NCBI GenBank assembly: GCA_951406725.2
Contig: OX597839.1
Span: forward strand, 16,616,001-16,680,000
Reading direction: 5' to 3'
From: Octopus vulgaris
Lineage: Eukaryota
DNA length: 64,000 nt
The notes below the pieces were generated by a model. The model saw only the letters and a list, made by a program, of their open reading frames with translations. It searched no databases and was not told where the DNA came from. Shown here in pieces: positions 1 to 57,537 of the stretch (position 1 is the stretch's first letter; the number at the start of each line of letters is the position of its first letter). The position numbers and the translations under genes are program-made.

Positions 1-158
1 TTGATGATGTTACCAAGATGGGAGCTGACCTAGACCTAAATGTCTGGTACCTCATTGATGCTTGTTTGGGAGGCCCTCCTGACAAGGTGCTTGCAACTGC
101 AAGGACAATGATCAAGGAACTTGGTCGTAGAGCCTCCAGCTGTATGAAAATTTCCTGA
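1..158 (+). mobile_element. Degenerate non-LTR RT fragment (CRE-like)
   Basis: Frame 3 reads DLDLNVWYLIDACLGGPPDKVL, resembling the LNVWYLDDxTLGG motif of CRE-type RTs with YLDD decayed; then a stop. Confidence 0.5.
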
Positions 159-249
159 CTCCCCTCCCCTTGTCAGAAAACAGCTTCAGGAGTTGTGAAG
201 AACGAATTTGTATGTAGTCTGTTTCTGAGAACTATTCTATTGGACCGCT

Positions 250-725
250 GTCTAATCGTTAAAACATTGATTTCATTGTGAACATAGCAGTTGTATCCGT
301 ACAAATTTTATTTGCATAGAGCAGAAATTGAAAGAGGACACATGAACTGGACGTGTGTGTGCATGCTTGCATGTGTGTATGTGAGAGAGAAAGTGGGTGA
401 GAAAGAGAGATAGAGTGAGTGAGTGAAAGTGTGTGTCGTGATGATTGGCGTATTTGTACGTAGTCTGACTCTGAGAGCTATCCTGTTGGGTATCTGTCTA
501 ATCATTAAAACATTGATTTAATTGTGAACATAGAAAGAAATCATACATTAATCCCTATTTTTGTAAGCAGTTGTATCCGTAAAAAATTTTATTTGCAGAG
601 AGCAGAAAATGAAAGAAGATATATGAAATGGATGTGTGTGTGTGTGTGCGTGTATGCTTGCATGTGTTTATGTGAGAGAGAAAGAGAGATAGAGTGAGTG
701 AAGTTCTGTGTCGTGATGACTGATG
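250..725. repeat. Diverged tandem duplication, ~245-bp unit
   Basis: The block taatc(g/a)ttaaaacattgattt...gtcgtgatga occurs at ~253 and ~498. Confidence 0.75.
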
Positions 726-1169
726 TCTTTTAAGGTACACACACATATAGAAAATATGAGGACATCGTATAAAATTTTAATGATAACTGATTTATGGAAA
801 AGATTATTTAAAATTTTTGAAATGCAAATATGTGAATGAAAATTAAGTTCAGACCTCTACATGGTAGCTAGACCTGGTAGAAATAGCAGCCAAATCTCCC
901 TCAAAACACCCTATTGTCTTAATCTGACAATTATGCCTATTATGTAGTTTGAATGAGAAACTGTAACTAAAGATTAAGATTATTAACCCCACTAAGAGGT
1001 GAAAGAAGAGAGACAACATAGCGAAAGTTTTGGCTGACTGTCATCCTGTACTCCCCTTGTTGCTAGCAAAATGGTATATGCCGGCTGTGTGAGCAGCTGG
1101 TTGTTTTAATGGCAGAACAAACAGGGGAATTCCATTAGAAAAGTTTTAATCGATTTTCTCCGTAACTAT

Positions 1170-1640
1170 GGAGAAATACAACTAAATCAATTATCAACTA
1201 CCAGATAATACCCAATCACATACTTTATTAAACCACTACATTAAGGTCAAACATAATAATATAGAACAAAACAGTGTACATGAAGGAGTAATATGATACA
1301 ATAAGTACAATATGTATAAGAGAATATAAATAAATATAAATATAAACTACATCTTACAGCTGTTTCGGCCATGCAGATATGGGTGTCTCAATTTACTTAT
1401 ATTAGCCATGTGTGATAGGTCAATATGTAGTTATAAATGAGACATTTACAAAAATATCCCAAGGCCTCTTCGGAGATTATGAAATACAAACCAAATTAAA
1501 TATACACCCATATAAGTGTGGGTACATACCCATAATATATCATATACACATACATATGAGTGCAAATACTCATACTCCTATACATATATATATATATACA
1601 TATATATAATAATATAAATAATATATATCAATAAACATAC
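1170..1640 (-). mobile_element. Penelope-like terminal repeat remnant (second copy at ~5255-5720)
   Basis: Two related copies (ggagaaataca..taaatcaa...atcttacagctgtttcggcc...), each with a hammerhead core on the minus strand. Confidence 0.6.
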
Positions 1641-2497
1641 ATATATTCTATATTTAATGTAACAGTTTTTCAACGTAATATTATGATATTACAATGTAGA
1701 AAACATACACATATTAATACTCAAATGCAGATATACAGAGTCAAGAGTACATTATATTAATTTATATTAATTTACAAAATGTCATTAATGTTAACATCAT
1801 TACTATTATCATTACCACTAATGCTACCGATATCATTATTCTTATTATTAATAACACTAATACTAGCAAAACAATATATAGATCACATTATTAGCAACAT
1901 AATAGCAAAACCAAGAACAACAATAGTACTACAGTACCATGCAAAGCATTAAATATCTGCATATACATACAAAATGAGAAATAAAAGCATTTGGTTTACA
2001 TGATATTAAGTTCCACAGGTGTATAAATGTACATACGAGTGCAATTTATAATTTCAACTGCGACACAAATACGGTATTACGTTCAGAAATAGTTAAGAAT
2101 TGAACGCTAAAATATGATTGGCTTGTACATTTAAATTTAAATTACAATTGTCTTCTTTACAGTTGGTTTGTTAAGCAACATCACACACGCACACTTGCAA
2201 ACGTGCGCCCACACGCACATACACAGACAAATCACAACATAAGAGATACCAGCCCACACACACACACACACATGCTTACATACAAATCTACTCACAAACA
2301 TCCATAAAAATGCATACGGACATCTATACCCAGTCGATGTACGTTATTATCATAAGATACATAATTAAAATAACGCCGTATATTTCGTAAAGAAATTATC
2401 GTGCCACTGAAACTTCTATATCGTTACAATTTCGACTATATATATGTATATATATTATATATATGTATATATATATATGTATATATATATGTATATA

Positions 2498-2535
<38 letters not shown>

Positions 2536-2593
2536 CTCTAGTTTCAGCTCAGAGCCGCGGCCATGCTGATGCACCATATATATTATATATATG

Positions 2594-2637
<44 letters not shown>

Positions 2638-2638
<1 letters not shown>

Positions 2639-2800
2639 TTTATTTCAAGCAGCAGAAAATTCAACAAAATCTGTTACTCTGAGTTTCTCGTTGCCGTTCA
2701 TCAGACAGTTTTTGCTAGAATCTGATGAACTGTCTGATGAACGGCAACGAGAAACTCAGAGTAACAGATTTTGTTGAATTTTCTGCTGCTTGAAATAAAG
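2638..2800. repeat. Perfect 73-bp inverted repeat with hammerhead-like core (Penelope-type fold-back)
   Basis: Arms 2638-2710 and 2728-2800; ctgt-CTGATGA-acggcaacga-GAAAC-tcaga-GTA-acag at 2730-2767. Confidence 0.85.
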
Positions 2801-2869
2801 CATATTACTCTACCACTGGTATTTGAGTACTCTTTTTTCCACCTTGTTTCACATTTATGTGTTTACTCC

Positions 2870-2921
<52 letters not shown>

Positions 2922-3060
2922 GGGAGTAAATCCAAATTTACAGGGAAAAATTAGATTTAAGATTAAATCAAATTTCACAGTATAAATATAACTTATATTG
3001 TGTATTGGTTTATGTTTTTCACTGTTTGATTTGCCTAATAGTGGTTTTATCTCTAATATA

Positions 3061-3099
<39 letters not shown>

Positions 3100-3467
3100 G
3101 CAGGCTGACTGTGATGTACCACATCATGTCGATATGATGTAGCCCACTACTAAATGTAGTATGTAGATGTAAAGTCTAAAGGTTCTTGTGTTGGAGTTCC
3201 AGTAAACATGGAAGAATCAACACCAAGAAGGAAGAAATATTATTTACATACATTTATTTGCCCAACAAGTAATTAAAAGGACAGGGTACTTTTTGGTTAT
3301 CTCATCCCCATTAAAAAACTGGGTTGTCTCCCCACTAGAAAATAGAGTTAATGTGGCGACAAGAAATTAGATTGAAAATGTTAGATCCTTTTGATTCAAT
3401 ACTTCCACACATTGTTGAAATTTGGCCTCCTCAGTAGGTATGGTATGATTTGTTATAAAAATGCTAT

Positions 3468-3845
3468 CAGGCGCAGGAGTGGCTGTGTGGTAAGTAGCTT
3501 GTTTACCAACCACATGGTCCCGGGTTCAGTCCCACTGCATGGCACCTTGGGCAAGTGTCTTCTTCTATAGCCTCGGGCCGACCAAAGCCTTGTGAGTGGA
3601 TTTGGTAGATGAAAACTAAAAGAAGCCCGTCGTATATGCATATATGTGTTTGTGTTTGTCTCCCAACATTGCTTGACAACACCGATGGTGGTGTGTGTGC
3701 GTCCCCATAACTTAGCGGTTCACCAAAAGAGACCGATAGAATAAGTACTAGGCTTACAAAGAATAAGCTCTGGGGTCGATTTGCTCAACTATAAAGGCAG
3801 TTCTCCCGCATGGCCGCAGTCAAATGACTGAAACAAGTAAAAAAG
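3468..3845 (+). mobile_element. tRNA-derived SINE (related copies at e.g. 17595-17760, 28635-28780, 34660-35020, 48910-49300, 58300-58975)
   Basis: A/B-box-like head (tggctgtgtggt...ggttcagtccc) and tail gcatggccgcagtcaaatgactgaaac. Confidence 0.8.
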
Positions 3846-4727
3846 ATTGAGTAAGATGCTTAATTTTTTTCAGTTTTGTATGACTTTTTATAAAAATATT
3901 ATCAGATTCCATAAGATGTTTTATCTTTTCGATTTTGTTTGTTTTTTTGTTTAATTGAGGGTTAAACCAAAAGTACCGATATTTCTCATAAAACATGGAG
4001 AAGATTACCCAATTTTTTTAATGGGGTTGAGATAACCAAAATGTACCAAAGACAGTAGTAATTGCAGCGATAGTGTAGAAAAAGGTTGGCTCACTGGTTT
4101 GTAGTTGGTAGTATGTAGAAGTTGTCTGTCAGTAGAGAGTGAAAGAGTAAGGAATGTACGGTGCTGACTAGAAAGGAAGAATTAATAAAGGTAGCATTGT
4201 CTTTCTTGCACATAGGAGGCTTCTTTTTGTATGTGGAGTGAAGAGCAAAGGGAAAGAGCTGCTCCTTGGTCAGGCTGACACAAAAAAAGAAGTGGTAGGA
4301 AGTGTTTTCTGTTATAAAGACTATGGTTGATAATATAGGTCAAACCCTAAAAGAAGGACTGACCTTTCCTTGACCAGTACAGGTGCTAGGGCATGGAGTG
4401 TTTCCTCAGCAATCATCTAGTGTGGAGAGGTTTATCATTATTATCTCCTCCATCAAATTGCAATAAGATGTGATCTCACAACTTCTGAATATAGCCTTGG
4501 GCTTTACTTTTTTACTTTTTACCTTGTATCCTCACCATTATGGACTTACTGACTCTGATGAAGCTTTGGAGTTCAATTTTTGTATGATATGTCAACTGTA
4601 GCATACTGGATCCCCAAAGTAGAAACGACTGTAAGACTGGAATACTATTTATTTATTCCTATGATAATAGTAAATAAATCTTACTGATGTTTGTCTCTTC
4701 TCCATTTTCTTCCTTGCCCTATATATA

Positions 4728-5090
4728 TCATCATCATCGTTTAGCGTCCGCTTTCCATGCTAACATAGGTTGGACGGTCCAACTAGGGGTCTGAGAAGCC
4801 AGAAGGCTGCACCAGGCCCAGTCTGATCTGGCAATGTTTCTACAGCTAGATGCCCTTCCTAACGCCAACCACTCCGTGAGTGTAGTGGGTGCTTTTTACG
4901 TACCACCGGCACAGGTGCCAGACGAGGCAGGCAAATGGCAACGATTGGATGGTGCTTTTTACATGCCACCGGCACGAGGCCAGTCGGGGCGGCGCTGGCA
5001 ACGGCCATGTTCGGATGGTTCTCTTATGTACCATTGGCACTGGTATCACAGCTGCAATTTCCATTGATGTTGATCGATTTCGATTTTGAT
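4728..5090 (-). mobile_element. SINE-like family with internal ~60-bp tandem repeats (also 34200-34600, 57745-58123, 60119-60690)
   Basis: Shared catcatcgtttagcgtccgctttccatgct end and repeated ggtgcttttacgtgccaccggcac units. Confidence 0.7.
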
Positions 5091-5490
5091 TATATATATG
5101 GAGTTTCTACCTTTGAATAGGTTGCTACATCCTTGTTACTTGCATGAATTTTGCTTCCCTGGTAACTGTTTATTGAATTTTCATTGTTAACTGTAAACAA
5201 AAGTAATTCATTCATCCATATATATATATATATATATATATACAAGATAAGAAAATGGAGAAATACATCTAAATCAAATATCAATTATCAGATAATACTC
5301 AATCACATACTTTATTAAACCACCACATAAGAGACTGTAGGGTTAAACATAAAAAAGCAGAACAAATCAGTGTACATAAAGGAATGTACATAAAAAAGTG
5401 TACATAAAAGAGTAATGTTGTATAATAAGTAGAATATATATAAAAAAGAGAATATAAATATAAGTAAATATAAATATAAGTATAGATTAC

Positions 5491-5617
5491 ATCTTACAGC
5501 TGTTTCGGCCATGTAGATAATTATGTCTCATTTTACCAATATTAGCCTATTATGGTAGGTCAATATATGGATATAAATGAGACATTTACAAAAGTATCAT
5601 AAGGCCTCTTCAGAGAT
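5491..5617 (-). ncRNA. Type I hammerhead ribozyme motif
   Basis: Minus strand: atct-CUGAAGA-ggcc...ggcc-GAAAC-agcu-GUA-agat. The paralog at 1351-1477 has CCGAAGA. Confidence 0.7.
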
Positions 5618-6065
5618 ATACATATACATATGAGTGCAAATACTCACACTCCTATACATATAAAAATATACATATACATAATAATGCAAATAAATAATAT
5701 AAATTAGTAAACATATATAAGTTCCACCCTAAATGTTTCAGTTTTTCATATATATATATTGACGAGTAAATCAAGCAGACGAGTAAATCTTTTGTTCTGT
5801 CAGTTTCTGGAAAGTTTTATGTATTCGGAGGAGACCATTGGCCTTGTTTCAGTCAAAGAAGGGTCGAGGAACCCCCCCTTTAAAAATGCGGGAGCTGTGA
5901 GTTTGTTGGACAGTCGGGAACAGAGCGAGTTGGTGACAGGTAGTTCTGCTGGAGACAGTGAATGTGAAAGACAGACAAGCAAGAGGATGACAGCGTAGAG
6001 GAGGACAGGCAGATAGGATTAAGGAGCTGAGAAGAGTTTGAGCGACGGCAGGTTCATAACAATAT

Positions 6066-6096
<31 letters not shown>

Positions 6097-6104
6097 GAGA
6101 GAGA

Positions 6105-6540
6105 GATTTCGTCTATCCTTGTTTGTCCTCTCTGTGTTTAGCCCCTTGTGGGTAGTAAAGAAATAGGTATTTCGTCTGTCGCTATATTCTGAGTTCAAAT
6201 TCCACCGAGATCGACTTTGCCTTCCATCCTTTCGGGGTCGATTAAATAAGTACCAGTTACGCACTGGGGTCGATATAATCGACTTAACCCGTTTGTCTGT
6301 CCTTGTTTGTCCTCTCTGTGTTTAGCCCCTTGTGGGCAGTAAAGAAATAGGTATTTCGTCTGTCGCTACGTTCTGAGTTCAAATTCCGCCGAGATCTACT
6401 TTGCCTTTCATCCTTTCAGGGTCAATTAAATAAGTACCAGTTACGCACTGGGGTCGATATAATCGACTTAATCCGTTTGTCTGTCCTTGTTTGTCCCCTC
6501 TCTGTGTAGCCCCTGGTGAGCAGTAAAGAAACAAGAAACA
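6105..6540 (+). mobile_element. Tandemly duplicated SINE 3' portions (~180 bp x2.5)
   Basis: Repeated gagttcaaattcc...cctttcggggtcga...gtttgtcctctctgtgtttagccccttgtggg. Confidence 0.75.
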
Positions 6541-8838
6541 CAACTTGCAAAATCTATGTATGTCATTGTTCAGTTTTATTTCAATGCCAATAAAGAACTG
6601 CTTTCTAACTTAGATACAATGCACCTCCAGTGAAATTTCAACATTAACGATATTTTTGTTTGTTTGTATGTATGTGTTCTCATGCATATAATTGTATATC
6701 TAGACAGGCTCATATATATTTATATATATGTGTGTGTGTGTGCGAACCTGTCCAGCTTTAAGCATTTGTACTCACTCACACAGACATAACCCATTACCTT
6801 TTATATACGACTGGCTTACAAATCCACTCACAAAGCTTTGATCGATGCCAGGCTACAGTAGAAGACACTAACCTATACCGCTAAGCATTTCGCCCGGCGT
6901 GCTAACGTTTCTGCCAGCTCGCCGAGGTGCCACGCAGTGGGACTGAACTCGGAACCTATTGTTGAGGCCTCTTACCACACAGCCACGCCTATATCGGAGC
7001 ATTCATAAACATCTACACAGGTGCGTACATATCTGTATGCGTGAGTATGTGCGTTTAATTACGTTTCTGAGAAAAATCCCTGTATTTAATTTTGTTGACA
7101 TTTTGCCGTCAACAACTTCGTGTTTTGAATACGTGTGAAATAAGTCCTACTTAATATTGAAAAAACGGGCGGGCTTTCGGAATTAGGTGTCCCAAATAAG
7201 TTCGATTTTATCCGTTTCCGTCGGGATTTTTCAATCTTTCAGTTTCTATTCTTCATTTGGCATTCTTTCTTTCTTTATTTTTTGCACCACACACTTCAAA
7301 ATCATGTAGAATAGCCTTTTATAAAACAAAAAAGGGAATTTTTCGAAGAAAGTATGCGAAATGGATTTTTTTTTTCGCAATTTCCGTAAATGTTTTTTAT
7401 TTCTTTACTTTATTTTTTCAGCTGAATAACATTTATGAGTTTTTTGTGCATGTATATTTGTGTATGCACATACATACACAAATATTCATACCTGCACACA
7501 AACACATATACTTACCTACACAAATGTACATACACAGACACACACACGTTCAGAAGCATAAGCGATCCGGCTGAAGAATAAATAAAGAAATAAAAGAATT
7601 TTTTTGGAAATTGCCGAACAAGTACTTTCACTACTCAAGTACTTTTTACGAAAGATTGCCCCCCCCCCACCAAATTTAAACATCCATTTAAAAAAATCCA
7701 CAGGTTGCCAAGACTTGGTAGGAACATACAAACAAACCTGCTGACAAATACATTCATACAATGGACTTCTGTCTACACCTGTCCAAGGTGTAACGTTGCT
7801 CCTACCGCCCCCAACAACAACCACTAATAAAATATTTCTTTCCCTTTTTATAGTTATTTTATTGTATTTCACATTCTGAATCGATTCGAATTCACAATTA
7901 TAACAAAGACGAAACAGAAATACTTTAACCACCCCTTCACATTTTTTAAGAGGGAAAAAAATTAAACACATACAGAAACTGATGTATAAAAGACAAAAAG
8001 AGAATTTCGAAAAAGATTTCTCTTCTATAAAGCAATAATTTCAGTAATTTAAAATATACAAAAGGATATCTGTTGACCGAAGCAAAGTCTAATGGTACAG
8101 AAAATATCTCGTGTCTTCTTCTGTGTAGCATAAAAGCAGTTTATCACAGCAACACCTTGTCAAAGTTTATTTGTTTGTCTTTGTGGAAGGAGAAAAAAAA
8201 AAGTTTATGAAACTAAATTTATTGGTAATTATGTCTATGATATCTTGTTTTCACCTTGATTTAATTTCTGTGCCGTATGGAAAAGGTTTTTTTTTTTGTT
8301 TACATAATGGCAAAAGTATAAATGAAAATAAAACGAAGACAAAAGAAATTTAATTGTGAAAGATTATTATGAATGGTCGAGGCGTAAGAATTTTTGCTTT
8401 ATTCTCCCTGTACATGTAAATTCGAAATGTTTCAGAATGTGGAATACTATAAAATTACCGTTTAATCTGCTTGAATTGCAAACATTCCTTAACTTTCAGA
8501 AAAATGGATATATTTTAACGACATTTACTACAAATGCGCTTCTGGTGATGTACATTTCGATTATACCGGAATTTGTTGTGGAAACATTTTTGTAGGTGGG
8601 ACGAGGGGTTTCGCAAAATTCGCACAGGTTGGCTTTGTTTCATCATAACCTTCGGAAAAATAGGTATTTGGGATCTTTTCGGTTTGAACGGCAGTTTTTT
8701 TCTAGCGGTGTCATATGAAATTGTCACCCATAATTATGACCCTAGTATCGATCTATTGCATTTCAATCTGTTTTAGGGTTAGGGGTGGGGGGAAGGGTAT
8801 CTTTTTTTCTTCACAAATGTAAATAAACCCAATCTGTG

Positions 8839-9471
8839 GATCTTTTCCTTTTGAACGGCAGATGTCAACACAATTTCTAGTTAACTAAACACTTTTAAAC
8901 TTCGTATACTGGTAGAATGTGTTTATAAAACTTCATTTTCTCTTGGTTTTATTGAGAAAATTTTATAGTTTGTAAGATATTGCGTCTGAAAATTCGAGCA
9001 TTTCGGCAATTTTAACCAATCGATTACCTCCATTCAACTAAAATCATTTGCTGCGTCTAAAACTGAGACAACATCCTGTAACTAACCCTAAACCTCCCCA
9101 CTAACCCTAACGCTAATTTTTTTTCTTAATTGTTAAATTAATTTAATTCCATTGCTTTAGTTTTTTTTACACGCGTAACAATTAAATTAATTTAACAATT
9201 AAGAAAAAAAATTTAGGGTTAGGGTTAGGGGGGAGGTTTAGGGTTAGTTACAGGATGTCTCAGTTTTAGACGCAGCAAATGATTTTAGCTCAAACGAGAG
9301 CATAGGATTGGTTAAAATTCGAAAAATTAAACTACGTTAAACAAACAAATTACAATTTTCTCAAGAAAGCCAAGAGAAAAAATATTTTATTTTGACACAT
9401 TCTACCAGTATACGAAGTTTTAAAGTGTTTAGTTAACTAGAAATTGTCTGCCGTTCAAAAGGAAAAGATCC
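8839..9471. mobile_element. Fold-back/MITE-like palindromic element with TTAGGG-like motifs
   Basis: ggatcttttccttttgaacggcag...ctgccgttcaaaaggaaaagatcc; long inverted arms centred near 9160. A partial copy starts at ~8670. Confidence 0.75.
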
Positions 9472-9754
9472 CAAAAAGATGTTTTATAAACACATTCAAG
9501 GTGTCACATGGTGGTATTGAACCTAGAACCATGTAGTTCAGATGCAAACTCCACAGCCATGCCTGCACCCTATGCATGAACCTATCAACACGGTTACAAC
9601 TATGCCTGTATATACACACAGGCACATACACACGTATGCATGCGCGTGCACACACACACACACATACCTGCACACAAATTTACTATATGTAAACTAATTT
9701 GTTATTTGTACTTACTGTGACATTTCAGGTAAAGAATATTGTTACTACGAGAGA

Positions 9755-55135
<45,381 letters not shown>

Positions 55136-55157
55136 TAAGTCCTTTAAAGAGGAAGGA

Positions 55158-55163
55158 AATAAA
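55158..55163 (+). promoter_or_regulatory. Candidate polyadenylation signal
   Basis: AATAAA 23 nt after the stop codon; could be chance in AT-rich DNA. Confidence 0.35.
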
Positions 55164-55770
55164 GATATATTGATGATGCACTGATGAATATTAATGAAAT
55201 GAAACCTGGTGCTTCATTAGAAGCAATTTTTCAGGGTTCTTTGTATTATATATGAGGGTGTGTGGAAAAGTTCCCGGCTTTAAGATTACTGGGAAAAGCC
55301 TGGTTGGAGACCTAACCTTCCAAGGCGTTTTATAAGGCCAAGAAGTTTTCAGCAACCCCTTGTATTTTGGGGAGATTCGGTGGTATACATGGCCAAGATG
55401 TGCCAGTTATTTGTTTACAAGGTTATTTTCTAAAAAATCATTTATTTAAATGGTATTTATGCAAAGGTCACTTATATCCTTTATAAAAGCAGACACGAGG
55501 AATCTGCAGTGAGCAGAACCTTCTGAATGGCATGGCTAATGAAAAAAATATTTCAAATTTTTTAGTAGTATGGGCCCATCTCATGATGTGCCATATCTCC
55601 TGTTGCTTGCTTCTCATAAAAGCTTGCCCATGCCTGATAAAGGGTCATTTATAAAAAGGTCATTTATATTAAAATTAAAATTACAATTTTATATTATATA
55701 AAATATAATATGTAATTATTTGTATTCAAGGTAACTTTTATTTAGCCGTTTCTTTATAGATGGTCACTTG

Positions 55771-56104
55771 TATGAGGAGGTGCTGAAAAGTTCCTGCCTG
55801 TGAGTGTATCGTGAAGGGTCTGGTCGGAGGCCCAGCCTTCTGAGTTCTTTTACAGAGCTCAGAAAAGCTGAAGAACCACTGTAACACATGTGTGAATCTG
55901 AGAGGGGAATTTGTTGAATAAAATACATAATTATACATTATTTACATTTGACGGATAATTGTTCTCATCTTGTTTGTTGTTAACACAGCATTTCAGCTGA
56001 TATAGCATCCAGCCTTCATCAGGTGTCTTGGGGAAATTTCAAACTGGGTTCTCATTCCTAAGGTATTTTTTCGATATTATTATTATAATTTTATTATTAT
56101 TATC

Positions 56105-56161
<57 letters not shown>

Positions 56162-56265
56162 CAGGTCACTGCTTGGAATTGAATTCGGAATCATGGGCAT
56201 ATGGCGTAGTGGTTAAGAGCATGGGCTGCTAACCCCAAGATTCCGAGTTCAATTCCAAGGTGTGA

Positions 56266-56301
<36 letters not shown>

Positions 56302-56545
56302 CATCGAAAAAATACCTTAAGAATGAGAACCCAGGTTTGAAATTTCCCCAAGACATCTGATGAAGGCTGGAGGATATATCAGCTGAAATGTGTTAACTAC
56401 AAAGAAGACGAGGACAAATATCTGTCAAATGTAAATAATGTGCATAATTCCTCATCTCTTAAATATAGAACTGTAAAATGATGATTAACTGACATCCTGT
56501 ATTTTCTTTTACTGAAAGCCAGAAACTTTTCAGCACACCCTCATA
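55771..56545. mobile_element. mariner-like MITE with a nested fold-back element (related copies 51800-52013, 55250-55365)
   Basis: tatgaggaggtgctgaaaagttcctg...ccagaaacttttcagcacaccctcata. Confidence 0.7.
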
Positions 56546-57316
56546 CACTAAGTTATTTGTATACAAATTCACCATTTTAAAGAAGAGCATTTATATTCTA
56601 ACTTGGTTTTTCCAAACTTTGGGTTTTGTTTCTATGGATTAAAATAATTAAATATGTAAATGACTTTTGTTGTTGATGGTTATTTCAAGCAGGATACCTC
56701 ATCATCTCTATTTATCTTATTTGCAGTTACTACTGATTTGTTTCTCATTCTCTCCTAAATAGGAGTTGCCAACTAGCTCTCCTACTACAAGAACCTGCTT
56801 TGCCCTACCTCTTATACATTAACCCTCAAGTGCTAGCATTAAGCCCTCACCCTCAGGTTTTGTTGGTTTGAAAGCTGCATGGTGCCCGCAATAGTGCTGG
56901 CGGCATGAGAAAAGCATCCAGTACTCACTGTAAAGTGGTTGGTTTGTCCTACCCTCCTCCCTAAATGTTAGCACAAATATAAGTACGAGATTATTACACT
57001 TATTAGATTATCACTTTCCCAGCAACCATAGGTATAAAAACATATTAAATTGCCATACAGTTAAAATCACATATTCATGCCCACACCCAATGCAAAGGTC
57101 TATATTGATAAACAATTGGTGACTCAGACTTATCCTGGATGCACATGCAGAGATAAATCTAAATGTATTCTAGGACAAGCATGCAATACAACTGCTGCTG
57201 TTTATGAAGTACAGGTGTCAGCGAACCATGGTAATGGTTAGACAGAGACCAAGCATTATATTGGATCAGCTAGAACATCAAATGGACGATGCTTTTTAAG
57301 ATGAAACCTATATTAA

Positions 57317-57537
57317 CCCTTTAGCATTTAAACTGGCCATATCCAGCCAAAAGTATTCTGCTTGTTTTATGTTCAAACTGGCCATATCTGGTCTCTCACA
57401 CCAACCCTACAATATCATCTTAAAAATTAACAGCTACCTCATCAAAATCTCATAGCTACAAGATAATGCATGATTAGTTCAAAACAATGAGGATGAAAAG
57501 GCATTAATTTTGGCAGAATAATGAGAACACTAAAGGG
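57317..57537. mobile_element. piggyBac-like MITE (related copy ~50190-50383)
   Basis: ttaa|ccctttagcatt...aacactaaaggg|ttaa. Confidence 0.75.

Noticed and set aside
9080-9250. Interstitial telomere
   Set aside because: Only a few TTAGGG-like units, forming part of a fold-back element's arms.
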